Source: Amoebidium appalachense (lineage: Eukaryota; Protista; Ichthyosporea). Taken from it: DNA of 64,000 bases. Below, piece by piece: positions 46,827 to 64,000 of this stretch. Numbering within the stretch: the stretch's first letter is position 1; each line of letters starts with the position of its first letter. Location of the stretch: NCBI GenBank assembly GCA_963693365.1, contig CAVNZM010000010.1, positions 682,001-746,000 on the forward strand. The letters run 5' to 3'. The notes under the pieces are model-generated. The model was not told the origin of the DNA and ran no database searches. It saw only the letters and a program-made list of their open reading frames with translations. Made by a program: the position numbers and the translations under genes.

Positions 46827-47279
46827 CAACGACAGGCTTCTCAAATAAATCTTACCCAGGCATCCCAGGGTGAAGATGACCCACATCTTCTTTTCTCGTG
46901 GCACATCGAAAACGTCAACCATTTCCTTGGAGCCATTCCCCTCTACGCAGGCAACACCCCTCCGCCCTTTTCTCTCCCCGTTCCCCTGGGCGTCGACAGC
47001 TTCTTGGGGGCCCTGCTTGAACACTGCCGCACTCCTGGACCTGGCGACGTGGTGCCTCCTCCCGCCATCGGCACTGTTGCCCTTCCGGGCACCATGTTGT
47101 GTTCCGCGCAGACCGTTCAGCGGTGTGAACAGCTGCGGTCAGATCCTTGGGTGGTTGGTGTGCAGGCTGCAGCTCAAAATCAGCCTGTTGCCCCCCTCAC
47201 AACCGTTTATATTCCCCGCGAGGGATCACGGCAAGGCTTGCTGGACAAGTTTATGAGGACGGGTGGGATATGGGGTTAA
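46827..47279 (+). pseudogene. 150-codon open frame of unknown function, possibly a gene disrupted by the hAT insertion
   Basis: Stop-free, non-repetitive frame QINLTQASQGEDDPHLLFSWHIENVNHFLGAIPLYAG...LLDKFMRTGGIWG*. No recognisable homology. Confidence 0.3.
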
Positions 47280-47499
47280 CACCCACAGGGCGTTGATGGA
47301 CCGGTTTCTCACAACTGGGTGTCTGTTTTGCATTAGACGATTTTTGCTGGGTTGATAGCTCGTTCGAGTTGTTTTGTTTAACTGGCAGATGTGTTTACTG
47401 GAACCGCCCCTATCACAAAACTCTCCCTTTCTCCCTCTCTCTCTGTCTCTCTGTCTCCCCCTCCCTCCCTCCCTCCTTGCCTCCCTCTCTCCCTCCCTC

Positions 47500-47586
<87 letters not shown>

Positions 47587-48779
47587 ATTTCTATGGCATC
47601 TCTTCCCCTTGGAATTCTCGCGTCTTTCTTTGTCTTTCAAATCGATCTGTTTTTCTTTTCCCTATCCGTCCACCAATTTTTTTGTGGAAGAGAGTTTTGT
47701 GATAGGGGCGGTTCATGATTTAGGGATATAGCTTGCCAGTGTTCTGTCACGTTATTTCAACCTGCAGAGCCTTTATTTGAAAGAGAGGATGAAGAGAGCA
47801 AATATATGTAAATATATGTAAATCATGTAAATTCATGCAAATATATGTATATATGCAAAAATATGGCGTACTACAATATATGCAAATATATGCAATATAT
47901 GCAAATGTATGCAACCTGCGGGTGACCCCTCTATAGGCCGCATATAAGGCTGTATCATCCTCTTAGGCCCATTGATTGGTCTACCCCCTCCACACCACGC
48001 CATATCATGAATACACACCCGATCATCCTATCAGGCCCCAGGCGTGGTTTCCAATCGGTTTCTGATGTATCCTAATACAGTGCAGTCCTGCAGCTGGCGG
48101 GTCACACCCTTCGTGTCGTAGCTGTGTGGCACGCTGCATTGTGTTTTCCTTTGTTCCGATAGCTGTACAGGCCTCCTTGTCTACCGCCCTCCTCACCCAC
48201 CCCTCCGTACGCGTTGCACTTCCCGTTACGCTCACTTTCTTCCGCCGATCGCGACTATCTAAATGCTCAACTCTGCACCGTTTCCAATGGCAATAAACAG
48301 CACATTCATGATCACGAGTATGTAACACACAATTATTTTACCTATCCAACCTAGTGATATTTTTGAGTCTCCTCCGACTTGTTCAAGTTATTTGTTTTTT
48401 GTTCTGTTTAAAGTTTGGTTCGGTTTAAAGCTCTTTAATTTGTTGTAGTCGTTTGAATGTACATGTCTTGCTCGTTTTGTTCTAGCTACTGTAGTGGCCG
48501 TGTAGTAAATGTTCATTGACATAGAGTTATCTACATTATGATATGTACATCATATGGGGCCTAGGCCTCTATATGTCGTGCTACCGGATTGGCCGGCCCA
48601 GGGAGCGGCCATTAAACCCCCCCCCCCCCTCCCCCCCTCCCTTCCCCCCTCTCCCTCCCCTCCCCCCCCCCCCCCTCCCACCCCCCCTCCTTCCCCCCCC
48701 CCCCCCCCCCAACTCTCTCTCCCCGGAGGACCTCGTCCAGGATGCAAATGGAGAAGGGGGCCGAGGGGAGGGGGTTTTT

Positions 48780-48812
<33 letters not shown>

Positions 48813-48990
48813 TCAAGTTATTAAGTTTATTCGGGAATGCACCATGGGCCTGAGAGTGTGCATGCAGGAATGTGATCAATCCAAAAAAAGGCTGTTCATT
48901 GGCATGCGTGGCCTGACCCCCCCCCCCCCCCCCTCCCTTCCCCCCTTCCCCTCTCCGTCCCTTCTCCCCCCCCCCCCCCCTCCCCCCCCC

Positions 48991-49037
<47 letters not shown>

Positions 49038-49189
49038 AAAAAAACCCGTTCCTCCCCCATTTCCCCTCCCTCCCTTCTTCCCCCCGGAGATACCAGCATA
49101 TATCATAATGATTGTACGCCCTCAACCACAGTGACTTTCAACCACAACAGTGCTGCCTGTACGCAAGCGCGCACTTACAAACCAGGTAA

Positions 49190-49747
49190 ATCATAGGGTA
49201 CTGTGTGCACCAGTAACAACGTAACAAGCAAGCCGGGTGTGGATCCGGAGTACGTGTGCGCGCACAGGTGCTCACACACGCATGCACGCATGCGTACGCA
49301 GAAATACATGCGGTCTGTGCATGTGCACGTGTACGCGAGTGTGTATGCTGTAAGTGAAACGGATGGGGGAGCAGAGGGGGAGGGGGGGGAAGCGGTTGGT
49401 AACATTGGTCAGTCCACATCTTTGTGTTCAGTATGACGTGACAAAAGGAAACGGGATCGGATGGAAAACGGGGGGGGGGAGGGGGGAGAGGGGAGGGGGG
49501 AGGGGGGGGAGGGGAGGGAGGGGGCCGAGAGGTCTTTGTGAATGCAGTGTGCACCTGTAGAGGACACCCATGAACAAAATGAGGCCTGTCAGAGCAAAGA
49601 TGTGTGTACACATCGATATCATGGTGGCATGGGCGTACATCATGTCACAGGCTACGGATGAACGTCAGAGTGTGATGTTTGCGTGCACGTGAGGGGATTG
49701 TGGGGGGGCGGGGGGAGGGAGGGGGGGGGGGGGGGGGAGGAGGAAGG

Positions 49748-49796
<49 letters not shown>

Positions 49797-50194
49797 GGGA
49801 GGGGGGATTATATGGGGGAGGCCTCTAGTCTACTCCCGGAGTGTTCTCGCATATTACCAAGAATTTGAGCTTGATCAGACGAAAATGCAATCGCGCGCAG
49901 ATTTGGGCATCATGGGTGCAGTAGAATTACAACTTAAGGGCATGTTTGGCGGCCGAAAATAATTTGTATACGTATTATTGTGCGAAAAGACGCTTAATCG
50001 TATTCATAAAATTAACTTGAGGTATGCGTAAGTTAGGGGCAATAATACGATATTAGCATGCCAAACACGCCTAAAAATGGCGCGAAAGGCCCAGAGAGGA
50101 GAACACGTGCACACACAGACACCAACACATATGTGCACGCGCACACACGCACATATACACTCATGCACACACACACACACACACACACACGCAC

Positions 50195-50256
<62 letters not shown>

Positions 50257-50334
50257 GACATACACGCGCACACGCACACATACACACAGACATACACGCG
50301 CGCACACACATACACACACAAACACACACCGTGG

Positions 50335-50413
<79 letters not shown>

Positions 50414-51876
50414 ATGACACAAGCACACACACACAGTGCCACCACAAGGTCTGAAGGTGCGGAGGGGAAGGGGGGGGGAGGGGGGGGGAGGAGGGCGAAG
50501 GGGGGACGGGAGGTGGGGACGGGAGGGGGGGGGCTGGTTACGGAGCAGGGGAAAAAGGAGGGATTTGGGGACGGGAGGGGGGGGCCTGGTTACGGAGCAG
50601 GGGGAGAAAGGAGGGATTTTTATGTTACCCTTTTCAGCCGCCGGCGTAAAGTAATTCAGAATTAGCACTCAGAAATAATTTAACTTGAAATGAGTTTTAC
50701 CAGTATTCCGATATGCACAGGTATCTGCCCTAGCCATCCCACAATCACAGCCCTTAAATCCCTGTAAACCGTTACAGCGTGCCGGCCTGTGAGTGAGTGG
50801 GTGGCCAACCCTAGAAAGCTCAGACTCGATTGCCTTGCATGGGTCGACAATGTCAATTGCTAGGCCATCTAAACTAGTAGCTGAAACTTGCATGTCGAGC
50901 TCTATAAGAATCATTTCACGAAGGAGGAAACCGTTTTCACTGCAGTAATGAACTGTGAAATGGACGTCCTTCAAGTTGCATCTGGCAAATATGGATACTG
51001 TGACACTGCCCGTACATATACAAGCACACATCATGCACACTGGATACATCATAGGGTACTGTATGCACCAGTAACCCAATGACGCAAGCGGGTGTGGGTA
51101 TGTACTGGGCGTGTGCACACACCTGCACACGCACACAGACAGACACACACACACACACGCACGCACACACACACTGTGACACACACACGCAGACACACAC
51201 ACACACACATGCACACACACACTGTGACACACACACATGCACACACACACACACACACTGTGACACACACACACAGACACACACACATGCACACACGCAC
51301 ACACACTCTGTGACACACACACACAGACACACACACATGCACACACATGCACACACATGCAAACACATGCACACACATGCACACACAGACACACAGACAC
51401 ACGCACATGCACACACATGCACTCACGCACGCATGCACGCACGCACACGTGCATGTACACGGAAGCGCACACGATCTGTGCGTGTGCATTCCGGTGCATG
51501 TTTTTAGGGGAGCGGAGGGGGAGAAAGGGGAGACGTAAGGAGGAGAAAGGAATGCCTGATGGGGCATAGGTGTGTGTGCGGATATCATGGTGGCATGTGA
51601 GTGCATGTCACACGCTACGATCTTTGAATGTGTGATGTTTTGTGTGCACGTGAGGGGATTGGGGTGGGGGGAGGGGAGGGGGGGGGAGGAGGGGGGGGGG
51701 GGGGGGGGAGGAGGGAGGGGCTCAACAGCCGAATGTTTTGTTATATTCCAAAGAATATGAGCGTGGTCAGATTAAAATGCAATCGCAGAAAGATTTGTAA
51801 TGAGAGCATATGGTGCAGCAGAATTACAACCCGAATAACGTGAAAGGCCCGGATAGCCTCGCAGAACACACACACA

Positions 51877-51943
<67 letters not shown>

Positions 51944-52620
51944 GCACATACATACATACACACACATACACAGCCACTACACACACAGGTGTACACATGC
52001 ACACACACATCTATAGCTGCAACAAGAAGGGAGAAAAGAGAAAGGGGCCGGGGCTGGGGGGGGGGGGGGGGGGAGGGGGGGGAGAAGGGGGAGGGAGGAG
52101 GAGGGGGGGGGGGGGGGGAGAGTGACCCGGAGGGGCCACAGAAGAAAGGAGGGTTTTAATCGTGACCATTTTCAGCCACCGGTTTTTATATGTAGGAGTT
52201 TAGAACTTATATATTAGTGAATTTAACTAAATTAACGTTCAAGTTAACTTAGGAGTTTTCCACTATGCACACGTACCTGCACTGGCTGTTCCACAATCAA
52301 AGCCCTCAAATCCCTGTCACGAAATGCAGAGTGTGGACTTGTGAGTGAGTGGGTGGCCAACCCTAGGCCTAGTTTTAAGCGCTACGCAGCTCAGATGTCG
52401 AGAACATTTGGAGGAATAATATCGTTTGCTAGGCCACCTCTACTTGTAGCTGAAACTTATGTTCAGCTCCATTTGAATTGTTTCACCCAGGAAACCGTTT
52501 TCTCTGCGGAAATGCACTATAAAATGGAAGTCATTGCGCCTGGCAGCCTTTCCAAATTGGCAGGAAAATTTGTAATTGCTATTAATGGATTAGGAATCAC
52601 ATTTAATTGCAGGACACGGT
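49190..52620. repeat. Diverged tandem duplication of a ~1.6-1.9-kb unit
   Basis: Collinear anchors in both copies: CATAGGGTACTGT.TGCACCAGTAAC (~49192/~51050), GATATCATGGTGGCATG (~49615/~51581), AAAATGCAATCGC (~49882/~51774), TTTTCAGCC (~50631/~52169), TGTGAGTGAGTGGGTGGCCAACCCTAG (~50788/~52340). Confidence 0.8.
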
Positions 52621-53244
52621 AGTGGTGGTCTGGACACGCTTAGAATATTAGAAACCTTTTCCAAGTTTTTTGTACATAAAACGCTTTTTGCACGGGTTTT
52701 TAAGCTACTGATGTGAGGTATGAGGAGGGCAAGCTTGCTGTTCCCTCCTAGCAGGCTTGCGCAAAGTAAATACCTCTCAGCCATACAGGATAATCACTGG
52801 GTGAAAAGGGATCATAAAAAAAAAATAAAAAAAACGAAAGAAAAGAAAACCCTGCTTCTAAGGCTATCAAACCGACCTATGTATGTCCGCTGCACGGAGC
52901 CACTGTCGCGCAAATTTCGCCTGTCCCCCCCCCCCCCCCTCCCCCCCCCCTTTCCCCCCCCCCCCCCCCCCCCCATCCCCATGTTGTCCACTCCCTTTCC
53001 CCGAAGTTCAAACTTGGGTCCAGGAACCGTTGAGTTCGATGTGATATCTCTTTTGCAGGCTAGAAGGCGTCGATTTTTCGGCTTGACTTGAGCACTACTA
53101 GTAGCTCAAAGTCTATTTCTATCTCTTTTCCTTGTATTTGAACTAGGCTTCTGTATGGCGGTGCCGGTGTACACATCGGAATGTACATGTGTGTAAGTGT
53201 GTATGTATTTCAAATTGATAGGGGCAGTGTGTGTGTGTGTGTCA

Positions 53245-53296
<52 letters not shown>

Positions 53297-53406
53297 CTGG
53301 GGGGCGGGGGGGGCTGGCGGGGGGGAGGGGGGGGGGGGGGGGGGGGGAAGGGGGAAACTCTGGAGCCTGACGGGGAGCTATAGGGGAAGGCGGGGGATCG
53401 GAGAGG

Positions 53407-53477
<71 letters not shown>

Positions 53478-55379
53478 CGTGTCCGTGTTCAAATTCTGTA
53501 TTTGTATGTGTATGTGTGCTTGTGTGCGCACGTGCGTACATGAGTCCGATTCGTGAACGGTGACAGTAACTGTTGTGTTCGTGTGTGTGTGTGTGTGTGC
53601 GTGTGTGTGTGTGCGCCTGTGTGTGAGAGTGTTTGTGCGTGTGCGTGTGTTTGTGTCTCTAGGGACCCGTGCGTCGTGTGTGTCCCTTCCATCACAGTGT
53701 GACTGTGAGCCGCCTCTAGCGTCAAGTACGCACCACAACACCGTTTTTGCAAAAGAATCAAATATTATTACCCACACACGTGGCCATATGCATTTTCCAT
53801 CTGTTCCCTCTTTGCATCCTGATCACACGATCCATCTTGCTACCCTGTCACCCACGATCAATGAGCTACGATGCAGTGCATCAAATAATTCGCAGATGAT
53901 TCGAATTCATGTGATCTTCATGCGATCTCATGCCCAAACTAAAAATTCGTTGTGTGACGGTCAATAAAACTAGGGTAGCACACATTCCCTCAAGCTCTTT
54001 CACACTGTTGGAGTTTCTCAACACCAGGGTGCAAGGTTTGAAGCAACCACGTGTGGATGCACGGATCAGTTGTGCATGCCCGTACGATGCTTCCAAACGC
54101 GTGTTTGCATAACCGTTACTTCTTTTCTCGAAAGCGGCTCCCTGAAGCTTAAAGTATTGAAGCTAGCGGATTGGCTGGTGTCAACTTTAACCAATTATCA
54201 CTATATGTTTGCGTTATTTAAGAAATTTAGATTGGATAAATGTCACTGCGCAAAGAAAGGTGTGGCTCCCATTCATCCTCTGCTCCCAAGTAAGTCAATG
54301 CAAGCGGCTGAGAGTAACTTTTTCTTTGGACTGAAATGAAAAAGTTAAATGGATATAATTTCATCTACCCATATACGTAACTTCGAGCTATTAAGAGAAT
54401 GAGGCTTAGAACATCAAAAAATAAATAAAAAAGATTTTATAACTATTTAGATTGATTTAGTTTTAGAACTAGATCAAGGGAATTTGCAAATCTACCCTGT
54501 TAAGCTGTTATAGTCTATTTAGGAAAAAAAATTGCGGTACGCTTGGAAGTTTAGGGTGGATGTCATTGATGCTTCTTGAACCAATCCACATTCGCTTTAA
54601 AACACCACTCAAAATGCGCACCAGCAACTTTCAGCCAACCAATCGAATAGCCTTGCTACATTATGCCTTGCCAAGCCTGTCGCCTTTTGCCACTTGCTTC
54701 TAATTAAGCAAACAAAAAAGTTACTTCAGTAAAATAGTTAAGCAGATTTGTTCTTTGTATGCAGTGGCGTACTATATTGCTTTGCAGAATTTTGCGACAT
54801 ACACGTCAAACCTGAAAAGCCTTGAACAGCCTGATTTCGGTGATATGTCTTCGTCCAATCAAAGAAGACTACGTTCAGCCAATTGGGGTTGCTGACCGCA
54901 CCGGCGAGATCGCTCATGCTCCAGAAACCCCGTCAACCAATAGTTCTTTGCCTTAGGAGTCATTACATCATGACCCGGCCGAGTCTCAACTTGGCTTCCG
55001 GCCAAACTAAGGGAATCAAAAAGTAAACTTCCAGATAAAAGATAAAGAATTAAATTAATATATTTGCTTGTCAGGAGGTCTTGCTTGATCATAAAACTGG
55101 TAGTGGAAATTTAAATGTAGAGCGTTTCTACTCCCTGAGGACTTGTGTCGGGACTCATTACGGTCTTTTTTTCGGCGCGGCACGATTCGCTAAAGGTCAT
55201 TCACCCTGAAGTTGTTTAGCTGATATACTCCACCACTTGATTCATTCCTCTTACGCTCATGATATAAAACCAATTACAAGATTATCTGTTACCACAAAGT
55301 TTGTTCCAAAGATAAGCATAATCATTCTGTGTAAATTGTTAGAAAAGACAAGCATCTACTTGATTCTACTAGTAATAGA

Positions 55380-55590
55380 ATTAGACAACCAATAAATTAC
55401 TACACTTTATTGTTTTTTACTGACAGCTTTATATTCAACTTTATCTATAAAAACCGTTATCGCAGACTCTTTGACTATCAACCAGGTGCCAATTCAGGTT
55501 CATCGTCGGCCAGTATCGACCAATCATACAGCACCATTTAGCAAAAAATCGTGCCGCATCCCCAAATATTCGCCCCCTATAAAAAGTTTC
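55380..55590 (+). promoter_or_regulatory. CCAAT/TATA promoter of the UBL gene
   Basis: CCAAT at 55389, 55489 and 55520; TATAAAAA at 55578-55585, about 180 bp upstream of the ATG. Confidence 0.55.
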
Positions 55591-55761
55591 GATGGCCATC
55601 GATAGGCGCATCAGTCACACCTCAAACACGCACCGAGATAACGCACGAAGGGTTCTTTTTTCCTGTGCTTCAAAGGTGTAGTCTAGTTTTTTTTTCAAAC
55701 AGCATATTCATTTGCTAGTTTGTAACCACTGTATACTTAATTCTTTAAAGTATCTGTCAAA

Positions 55762-56805
55762 ATGTCGAAGCACCTCGTAGACGGAAGTACCGATTTTGAC
55801 GGCACCCCCGCTCCCACCATGACATCCACGCAAGCACCCGCAAAGACAGACAACGGAGACGCAGGTTCTACCGTTTCTGAGAAGCGCCCCGTGCCGCTTC
55901 CCGTCACACCCCTCCCAAACCCAGATATGCCTGTTTCTTGCACCACCACACCACCAGAAACCTCAACCGATGTAGCCACAAGCGAGCATAGCAGAAACAG
56001 TGTCCACCGGTGCTCGTCCTGCCTTCGCAGAAAGCAAAAGCCTGGAACTATCCGCTTTACCATCACAACAGTGACTGGTGGCATGTACTCTGTAAAGTGC
56101 AAAGAAACGGACACGTACGCGTTTTTGACGTTCAAGCTTTATGCCAAGACCGGTATGCGTCCAGAGCGCCAGCGTCTTGTTCTTGCTAGGCGGGAAATCG
56201 TTTGCAGTGAGGAAGCAACAATGAAGGAGTGTGGTGTGCAAAACGGCTCTATGCTTGTTCTGGTTCCTAAGATGACAACCGGGTTCTTGACGCACGTTCG
56301 GGTGAGTTCTTTAACCCACACGCTCCCTTCGTGTTGTCGTGTAGGCAAAGTGTTTCAGTTACTTGATTTGGATCTTCCCCCGTGACCCCCCCCCCCCCCC
56401 CCCCCCAACCACACACACACACACACACACACACCCGTTTCTTTTCTTGAGCCGACAAGTTTGCAACACCAGCATGCACGGACTCGAAAAGCACTTCTGC
56501 TCGCCTGCACTTGAAACAATCGTTGTTTTCTTGCACATCCTGGTGTGTGTATCAAGACTTATTAGTAGCAGCGAAACCCAAGAGCAAGTGCTGACAAGTT
56601 GCTTTTTCCTTTACAGCCAGCCGAAGTACCGCAACAACCAACCAAGCAAGTGCAAGTGGAAGAGGAGCCAGAGGAAGCCCCAGTTGCTCGAAAGCGTGAA
56701 CCTGGGTGGTGGAAGAGTAAGCAGAGCGAACATGAAAGCATGAGGAGTAAAATGGAGCAGCTCAAAGAGAGAATGGCGGCGAAGAAGCAGAAGGGTCAGC
56801 AGTAG
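55762..56805 (+). CDS. Ubiquitin-like-domain protein, midnolin-like (UBL plus basic C-terminal helix), 242 aa
   Basis: Exons 55762-56301 and 56617-56805. Disordered T/P-rich N-terminus; UBL IRFTITTVTGGMYSVKCKETDT..GMRPERQRLVL..ATMKECGVQNGSMLVLVPKMTTGF (no diGly); C-terminal helix EHESMRSKMEQLKERMAAKKQK. Confidence 0.85.
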
Positions 56806-57572
56806 TAATATAACTTGAGTGTAATGTTGCTTAATGAAACTTGAAACGTGGTGTGGTTTGAGGTGGCTGCCCTTGGTTGGGATGAATGAATGAAAAGATA
56901 TATTTATGTAGTTTGTATTCTTTGAAAAGAAAGTTATTTCGAAGCATGTAGTTTTCACCGTCAGCTGTGTACAAGCCTAGTAGAGTTTTGAAACGCGAAA
57001 AACTGCGAATAAAAATCCCTTGTAATGTTACTATGCTGGCACACAAGTTGGAGTTGTTGTCCGTTTTTTAACCACGTTCACCCTTCCCTATAGGATCTGC
57101 GTGTTGGTTATACTCCGCTTGCACTTCCGCAATTACGCATATCGAATGCTCCCCCTTCCCCGTTCCCACTTAGATCTAACGTGGAACGATCTGCATGTTA
57201 GTGCACTACACCAGTTCCGGACTTCTAGTGTCCCCGACCCGGTCCCATCCAGATCTAACGTAGCAGAGAACGGAATTGTCTGTGTCCTCGTTACCTTCCT
57301 AGATCTCAGAATTGGGTTTCACAATGGTTTCACAAAGGAGGTTTAATTAATTGGTCAAAGATCCCGCAGTGGGGTTGACTTGCCCCCTCCTTCGAGGATT
57401 ATCTTAAAAAGTGGTTATGCATGTACTTGGGCAAGCTAGCGCTCTTCGTGTGTGTTAATTTCTGAGTTGTGCTGTTGGTCGTGGATACGAACTTCGTTTT
57501 ATGTTACGCTAGTATTAGGCATTCGAATCCTCCCCTCCCCCCCCCTCCATACAGTAGGATCCATACTCTCTC

Positions 57573-57655
<83 letters not shown>

Positions 57656-57775
57656 CTCTCCATCCCTCTCTCTCTCTCTCTCTCCCCCCTCTCTCCTCTC
57701 TGTCTCCCCCCCCCCCCCCCCCCCCATACCTTCGCCCCCCTCTCTCTCTGTTGCTCTCACTCTTCAGCCGCCCAC

Positions 57776-57812
<37 letters not shown>

Positions 57813-58429
57813 TCCTCCAAAAAAAAAAAAAAAGAGAGAGAGAGAGAGAGAAAAAGAAAGGAAAGAAACACATGGAAGTACACACCCCGCCCCCAAAAAA
57901 AACTTTGAAAAAGAAAAGAGAAAAAGGAGTTACATGCACACATGCAACTACACACACACCTATTCGTTTGCCCATGGCCACACAGTCACACTGGAAGTAT
58001 CTGCTCAGGTACTATCAATCTCTGCTTTCGTCGCAACATGTTTAAACCGGCACGATGTTGCTCATGCAGCACACAAAATGTCGTATGGCATATTAATAAT
58101 TGTTTTGGGTGCAACTGGAAGAATCCTAGAGGGAAAAGGTGTGTGTGCGGTTGAGTGTATATGTTTTCTTTCTTTCTTTCTTTTTTTTTTTTTGTGGGGG
58201 AGGGAGGGGGGCGGGGGGGAGGGGGAATGGGTGGGCGCCCACTGCCCCGGACTTTGACGAGAAAGGGTGGTTGGGGCTGGAGGAGATCGTGATATTCTTT
58301 ACCAGGTAAGAGTTGCCACGTTAAAGGGTTTTCGATAAGAAGCTAGTAATGGCTTCACTTGTTCCATCCCAGTGATGATCTACATGTAAACGGAAATTTT
58401 GAAAAACGGAACTTGATCAAAACTTCGAG

Positions 58430-58545
58430 GTATGCACGTGCTCTCTACTGAACCAATCATTAAATGTCTTTACAGACCATATATGGCTCACGATGATGTG
58501 ATCGCCAATCAAATGCAGCTACACAGATCTCGCCACATACGTCAC
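58430..58545 (+). promoter_or_regulatory. Putative Rab7 promoter motifs
   Basis: E-box CACGTG 58435-58440, CCAAT at 58453 and 58505, CRE-like TACGTCA 58538-58544. Confidence 0.35.
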
Positions 58546-58737
58546 GCCTCGAAAAGCCTTTTCCCACTTTGACGGTTTCAGTTTTTTCCCAAGCGAGTTT
58601 CGCTTGTAGCCCATTATAAACACGGTCTGGCTGTAGGAGTTCTGGATCAAGGAACGAAGAGGGAAGCGCTTTTCTATAACATAATTTTTAGCAGCTCTGT
58701 ATAGTTCATAGATTCCAGGCGACATATACTCGAAAGA

Positions 58738-63843
<5,106 letters not shown>

Positions 63844-64000
63844 GTACTGAATGTCCTTCCCTCCCCCCCCCCCCCCCCCCCCCCATCCTCCCCCCCTCCC
63901 CTCCTCCCCTCTCGGAGCTCCCTGCACGAGCCTAAATACACGCCTGTGCGTCAATTTACATAAGGGGTACAACACGAGGTCGCAGTATACATGATTGCTA

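Noticed and set aside
53860-55100. Possible RT fragment (KHAFGSIVR on the minus strand) and short ORFs
   Set aside because: The motif lacks the preceding Asp and other RT blocks, and the frames contain many stops.

Overview
Intron-rich eukaryotic genomic DNA, most likely from a non-animal opisthokont and possibly a unicellular holozoan (inference: CNOT2 has non-metazoan-type motifs, while DELE1-like and midnolin-like genes are present). Most of the ORF track is noise from (CA)n/(TG)n, (CT)n and poly-C/G runs, so real genes were rebuilt by hand from GT-AG exons. Genes: a SEL1-repeat, DELE1-like mitochondrial protein (minus strand, runs off the left end); a 939-aa CNG/KCNH-family channel with an atypical pore; an intronless GNAT acetyltransferase; a 12-exon CNOT2/NOT2; a type I membrane protein with a DUF4082-like domain; a midnolin-like UBL protein without a Catch domain; and Rab7 (runs off the right end). 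Positions 38.9-46.8 kb hold a transposon nest. It comprises a Ngaro/PAT-type tyrosine-recombinase retrotransposon with split direct repeats, a TA-flanked Tc1/pogo-type element inserted in its RNase H and carrying a non-transposase cargo ORF, and an adjacent hAT-type element with an 8-bp TSD. Many introns have TG/G-rich 5' ends and (CA)n/C-rich 3' ends running up to the AG. A dispersed repeat occurs in introns in sense orientation, and an antisense 28S rRNA fragment lies upstream of the NOT2 CDS. Homology calls are from remembered motifs; no searches were run.
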